Origin: Alphaproteobacteria bacterium
GTDB lineage: Bacteria; Pseudomonadota; Alphaproteobacteria; JANSWW01
Direction of reading: 5' to 3'
DNA: 64,000 bases
NCBI GenBank assembly: GCA_024743275.1
Contig: JANSWW010000003.1
Location: 156,521-220,520, forward strand
Each line of letters begins with the position of its first letter. Within the stretch, counting starts at the first letter, position 1. The notes beneath the pieces are model-generated. The model saw only the letters and a list, made by a program, of their open reading frames with translations, was not told the DNA's origin and searched no databases. The translations under genes were made by a program, and so were the position numbers. Positions 60,318 to 64,000 of the stretch are shown here, piece after piece.

Positions 60318-61244
60318 ATGACGCGTATTCTGACGGCCGCGGCCGCCCAGCTCGGCCCGATCGCCCGTGAGGAGAGCCGCGAAAGCGCGGTCTCCCGCAT
60401 GGTCGACCTCATGAAGCAGGGGGCGGCGCGCGGTGTCCGCTACCTGGTGTTCCCGGAACTGGCGCTGACCACCTTCTTTCCCCGCTGGTATATGGAGGAC
60501 TGGGCCGAGGTCGACAGCTTCTTCGAGACCGAGATGCCCGGGCCGGCGACAAAGCGGTTGTTCGAGGCGTCGGCCGAGTACGGCATCGGCTTCTATCTCG
60601 GCTATGCGGAGAAGACCCCGGACGGCCACCGCTACAACACCGCGATCCTGGTCGACGACAAGGGCGCCATCGTCGGTAAATACCGCAAGGTCCATCTGCC
60701 CGGCCATTCGGAATATGAGGGCCACCGGCCCTGGCAGCATCTCGAGAAGCGCTATTTCGAGCCGGGCGATATCGGCTTTCCGGTCTGGCGGTCCCAGAAC
60801 GCGATCATGGGGATGGCGATCTGCAACGACCGCCGCTGGCCGGAGATGTACCGGGTGATGGGCCTTAAGGGCATGGAGGTGCTGTCCCTCGGCTATAACA
60901 CGCCGGATGTGAACACCTCGGCCTGGGAGCCCAATCACCTGCGCATGTTCCACAATCACCTGGTGATGCAGGCCGGCGCCTATCAGAACAGCAGCTATGT
61001 TATCGCCACGGCCAAGGCCGGGATCGAGGAGGGTGTGGGCATGATTGGCGGTAGCTGTATCGTCCAGCCCTCCGGCGAGATCGTCGCCCAGGCCCAGACG
61101 GTCGGTGACGAACTGATCGTCGCCGACCTGGATCTGGATCTGTGCAAGATGGGCAAGGAGACGATCTTCAACTTCGCCCGCCACCGTCGCGTGGAGCATT
61201 ACGGGATCATCGCCAGCCAGACGGGCGTGGTCGAGCCGGAGTGA
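60318..61244 (+). CDS. N-carbamoyl-D-amino acid hydrolase (nitrilase superfamily)
   Basis: FPELALTTFFPRW, YRKVHLPGH, HLEKRYF, ICNDRRWPE, GYNTP. Confidence 0.9.
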   Translation: MTRILTAAAAQLGPIAREESRESAVSRMVDLMKQGAARGVRYLVFPELALTTFFPRWYMEDWAEVDSFFETEMPGPATKRLFEASAEYGIGFYLGYAEKTPDGHRYNTAILVDDKGAIVGKYRKVHLPGHSEYEGHRPWQHLEKRYFEPGDIGFPVWRSQNAIMGMAICNDRRWPEMYRVMGLKGMEVLSLGYNTPDVNTSAWEPNHLRMFHNHLVMQAGAYQNSSYVIATAKAGIEEGVGMIGGSCIVQPSGEIVAQAQTVGDELIVADLDLDLCKMGKETIFNFARHRRVEHYGIIASQTGVVEPE

Positions 61245-61275
61245 TTCGGCCCTCCCGCCCGCCGGTTCCTTCCTC

Positions 61276-63189
61276 TTATCCCTCCAGGAAGGCACCGGTC
61301 TGGAGCCGCCAGAGGCCGGCATAGTGGCCGTCCGGCTTGGCGATCAGGTCGTCATGGGCGCCGTCCTCGACGATTTGGCCGGCGTCCATGACGATGATCC
61401 GGTCCATGCTCTTGAGCGTGGAGAGGCGGTGGGCGATGGCGAGCACGGTCTTGGTCGACATCATCTCGTGCAGGGACTCCTGGATCGCCTGTTCGCTCTC
61501 ACTGTCGAGGGCGGAGGTCGCCTCGTCCAGGATCAGGATCGGGGCGTCCTTCAGGATCGCCCGGGCGATGCTGATCCGCTGGCGCTGGCCGCCGGACAGC
61601 TTCACCCCGCGTTCTCCCACATGGGCCTCGTAGCCCGCGCGGCCCTTGTTGTCCCGGAGGTCCAGGATGAAGTCGTGGGCATGGGCCCGGCGCGCGGCCT
61701 CCTCGACCTGCGCCAGGGTGGCGTCCGGCCGGCCGTAGCGGATGTTGTCGGCGACGGACCGGTGGAAGAGATAGGTCTCCTGCGTGATCATGGTGATGGA
61801 CCGGCGCAGGGAGTCCTGGGTCACGTCCGCGATGTTCCGCCCGCCGATCTCGATCGATCCGCCCCGGATGTCGTGGCCCCGCACCAATAACGTGGTGACC
61901 GTCGATTTTCCCGCACCGCTGCGCCCCACCAGCCCGACCTTCTGTCCCGCCGGGATGACGAGGGAGAAGTCCTTGAGAACAGGCTTGTCCCGGTCCCTCT
62001 CGGCTTGTCCGTAGTTGAAGGCGACATGCTCCATTCGGATTTCCGCCGTTTCCGGCGTGACGATGAGCGGTTTGGCGTCCGGCCGGTCGGTCACGGTCTT
62101 CGCGGCGGTCAGCACCTCTACGCTTTCCCGCACGCTGCCGAGATTCTCCGAAATGCTGGCCACCTCATACATGATCCAGCCCGATTGGAAGGTCGCCTGC
62201 AGGACCATCGGCAGGGCCATGGCGAAGGCGGCGATGCCGGCGTTTCCCTCCTTGTCGATGAGCCAGAAGCCAACCACCGCCGTCCCGACCAGCAACGCCA
62301 TGTTGAACAGGTCGATCACAAGGCTGAGGCGCCAGACCGTCATCATGGTCTTCTCGCTGCGCCGGCCCGCCTCGTTCAGCAGGCCGACAACCCGGTCGTC
62401 CTCGTCCTTGCCCCGGGCGAAATACTTGATCGGCAGGAAGTTGGTGAAGATGTCCACCACCTGACCGGTGAGCGTGCTGATCGCCTCTTCCGCCGCCGTC
62501 GACCGCGCCTTGATCCGCGGTACGAAGAACCAGAGCGCCGCGATATAGCCGACCAGCCAGATGAACAGCGGCAAGGCCAGCAGCCAATGGGCCGACGCCA
62601 GGAACCAGAGATTGGTCAGGGTGAAGATCGCCGCGAACCAGATGGCGGCGATCACCGACCCCACCGCCTCCTTAAGCCGCGGGGCCGACTGCAATAGCTT
62701 GTTGGCGATCCGGCCGGCGAAATCGTCCTGGAAATAGGCCAGGGACTGGTGCGAGACATGCCAGTAGATCTGGCGCCGGATCATCATTTTGAAATAGGGC
62801 GAGAACACCGCGAAGTTGACATATTCCGAGACCACGCCGCTGAAGAAACGGACGGTCAGGATCGCCACACCGGCCCAGATCATGGCCAGGGTGTACTGGG
62901 TGTTCTCCACCAACTCGCCGACATACCAGAACTGGAGCGAGATCATCACCGCGAAGATCCCGTCGAGGCTGGTGATCGCGAAGATCGGGCCGGGGATCTG
63001 GCGGATAAAATACCAGCAGAAGCCGGGGAAGTCGGCCGGCAGCGGGTAACGGCCCGGGTCCGGCACGTGATCGACATCGATCCGGACCCAGGCGTTTAGC
63101 CGGTCGAAGGGGCGGCGCAACCGGCCGAGGATATCCATCGCGCGCGGTGCCGCCGGGGTTTTCCCGAGGGATTTGGTCTTTTGGGTCAT
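61276..63189 (-). CDS. Fused permease/ATPase ABC exporter
   Basis: TM domain with FQDDFAGRIA; GRSGAGKST, LSGGQRQR, LDEATSALD. Start re-set to 63189. Confidence 0.92.
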   Translation of the reverse strand: MTQKTKSLGKTPAAPRAMDILGRLRRPFDRLNAWVRIDVDHVPDPGRYPLPADFPGFCWYFIRQIPGPIFAITSLDGIFAVMISLQFWYVGELVENTQYTLAMIWAGVAILTVRFFSGVVSEYVNFAVFSPYFKMMIRRQIYWHVSHQSLAYFQDDFAGRIANKLLQSAPRLKEAVGSVIAAIWFAAIFTLTNLWFLASAHWLLALPLFIWLVGYIAALWFFVPRIKARSTAAEEAISTLTGQVVDIFTNFLPIKYFARGKDEDDRVVGLLNEAGRRSEKTMMTVWRLSLVIDLFNMALLVGTAVVGFWLIDKEGNAGIAAFAMALPMVLQATFQSGWIMYEVASISENLGSVRESVEVLTAAKTVTDRPDAKPLIVTPETAEIRMEHVAFNYGQAERDRDKPVLKDFSLVIPAGQKVGLVGRSGAGKSTVTTLLVRGHDIRGGSIEIGGRNIADVTQDSLRRSITMITQETYLFHRSVADNIRYGRPDATLAQVEEAARRAHAHDFILDLRDNKGRAGYEAHVGERGVKLSGGQRQRISIARAILKDAPILILDEATSALDSESEQAIQESLHEMMSTKTVLAIAHRLSTLKSMDRIIVMDAGQIVEDGAHDDLIAKPDGHYAGLWRLQTGAFLEG

Positions 63190-63788
63190 CGACGTGTTGC
63201 CCGGGGTAAGCGGACATCTCTGGATCGGGTCTGTTGGGAAGCCCGCCGCAGTCTGATGGCCACGGGCTATCGGTGACGGGTACGGCCCGGGCCTTCCAAG
63301 GGGCGCGAAGCGGACGCTCGCACCCTCGGCCGAGGCGATACGGGATCGGGCGGTTAGAGCCAAATCCGACCATTCTGAATCACTTGATAATCCAGAATGG
63401 TCGGTGAATTTGCCTCTAAAACAATAAGAGAGAGCGGATTCACGCGTGGCATTCCGGTCGTGTCACGGACCAGATGCCACGCGATCCGCTCTAACCGCGA
63501 AGCGGCGGTACGCCCCCGATCATCAGGATTTTCGTCACCATGATCCCTGCTTTCCGTTGGGAATAGCTGAACACGTCTGGGAAGAATTTTGCCATAGGGT
63601 ATTGTGCGAGGGAAGCGCCCGAGGGCCGCGCCCGGCGCATTGCTCCGGGGACGTTGCCGATCGGCCACAGGATCACCTCTATATCTGGCGCAAACCAGCC
63701 ATCCCGGTCTTCGGTCCCGCTCGACGGCCGGCGGGATATCCATTAGCCTCTGCGCAACTACTATCCGATCTTTGCCGGAGGCTCCGCC

Positions 63789-64000
63789 ATGACCGTTCTG
63801 CCCAATTCGCCGCAAGCGCGCGACGTCGAGACCATGATCCACAGCTATACGGATCTGAAGGCGCACCAGAGCGTCGGGCCGAAGATCATCGGTCGCGGCG
63901 ACGGTGTTTATGTCTATGACGATGACGGCAAGCGCTATATCGAGGGCTTGGCGGCCTTGTGGAGCACGTCCCTGGGCTTCTCCGAACAGCGCCTGATCGA
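63789..64000 (+). CDS. Class III aminotransferase (omega-transaminase-like), runs off the window end
   Basis: Manual translation MTVLPNSPQARDVETMIHSYTDL...GDGVYVYDDDGKRYIEGLAALWSTSLGFSE; GGAGG RBS. Not in the ORF track. Confidence 0.88.
   Translation, partial: MTVLPNSPQARDVETMIHSYTDLKAHQSVGPKIIGRGDGVYVYDDDGKRYIEGLAALWSTSLGFSEQRLI

Noticed and set aside
58839-61322. 827-aa minus-strand ORF (also 27518-29602, 36060-37796, 49139-50902, 51725-53704)
   Set aside because: Shadow ORFs opposite well-identified enzymes; no motifs of their own.
63354-63866. ORFs in the spacer before the class III aminotransferase
   Set aside because: Atypical composition and overlap with the true aminotransferase start at 63789; more likely a divergent promoter region.

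Overview
High-GC alphaproteobacterial chromosome segment; the gene content suggests a marine Rhodospirillales-like organism (inference). Most of the window is recognisable metabolism: a non-pyrrolysine MttB-family methyltransferase, an RsmC-like MTase, TusA, a Tat-exported sulfite oxidase with its cytochrome c, a DddP-like M24 protein, an amino/guanidino-compound catabolic operon, a Rieske oxygenase, a complete Rrf2-sufBCDSUTA locus, kbl-tdh, an AruI-like ThDP enzyme, an amidohydrolase/peptide-ABC operon lacking permeases, and hydantoinase plus carbamoylase. I saw no rRNA, tRNA, CRISPR array, IS element or phage structural gene. The stand-out is a six-gene minus-strand operon at 10298-20719. 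It encodes three signal-less beta-rich proteins whose patterns resemble TULIP (BPI/Takeout/JHBP/P47-like) lipid-binding domains, an intact EEP-family phosphoesterase, a 1313-aa beta-rich giant and a translationally coupled long-chain polyprenyl diphosphate synthase. Two of these proteins share a Cys-Ala-Met module resembling CFI-box-CTERM. I propose it as a candidate undescribed isoprenoid-lipid synthesis/binding/delivery (or protein-lipidation) system. All family and fold calls come from reading motifs by eye and need HMM or structure confirmation. Many start coordinates were moved from the ORF track to RBS-supported ATGs.
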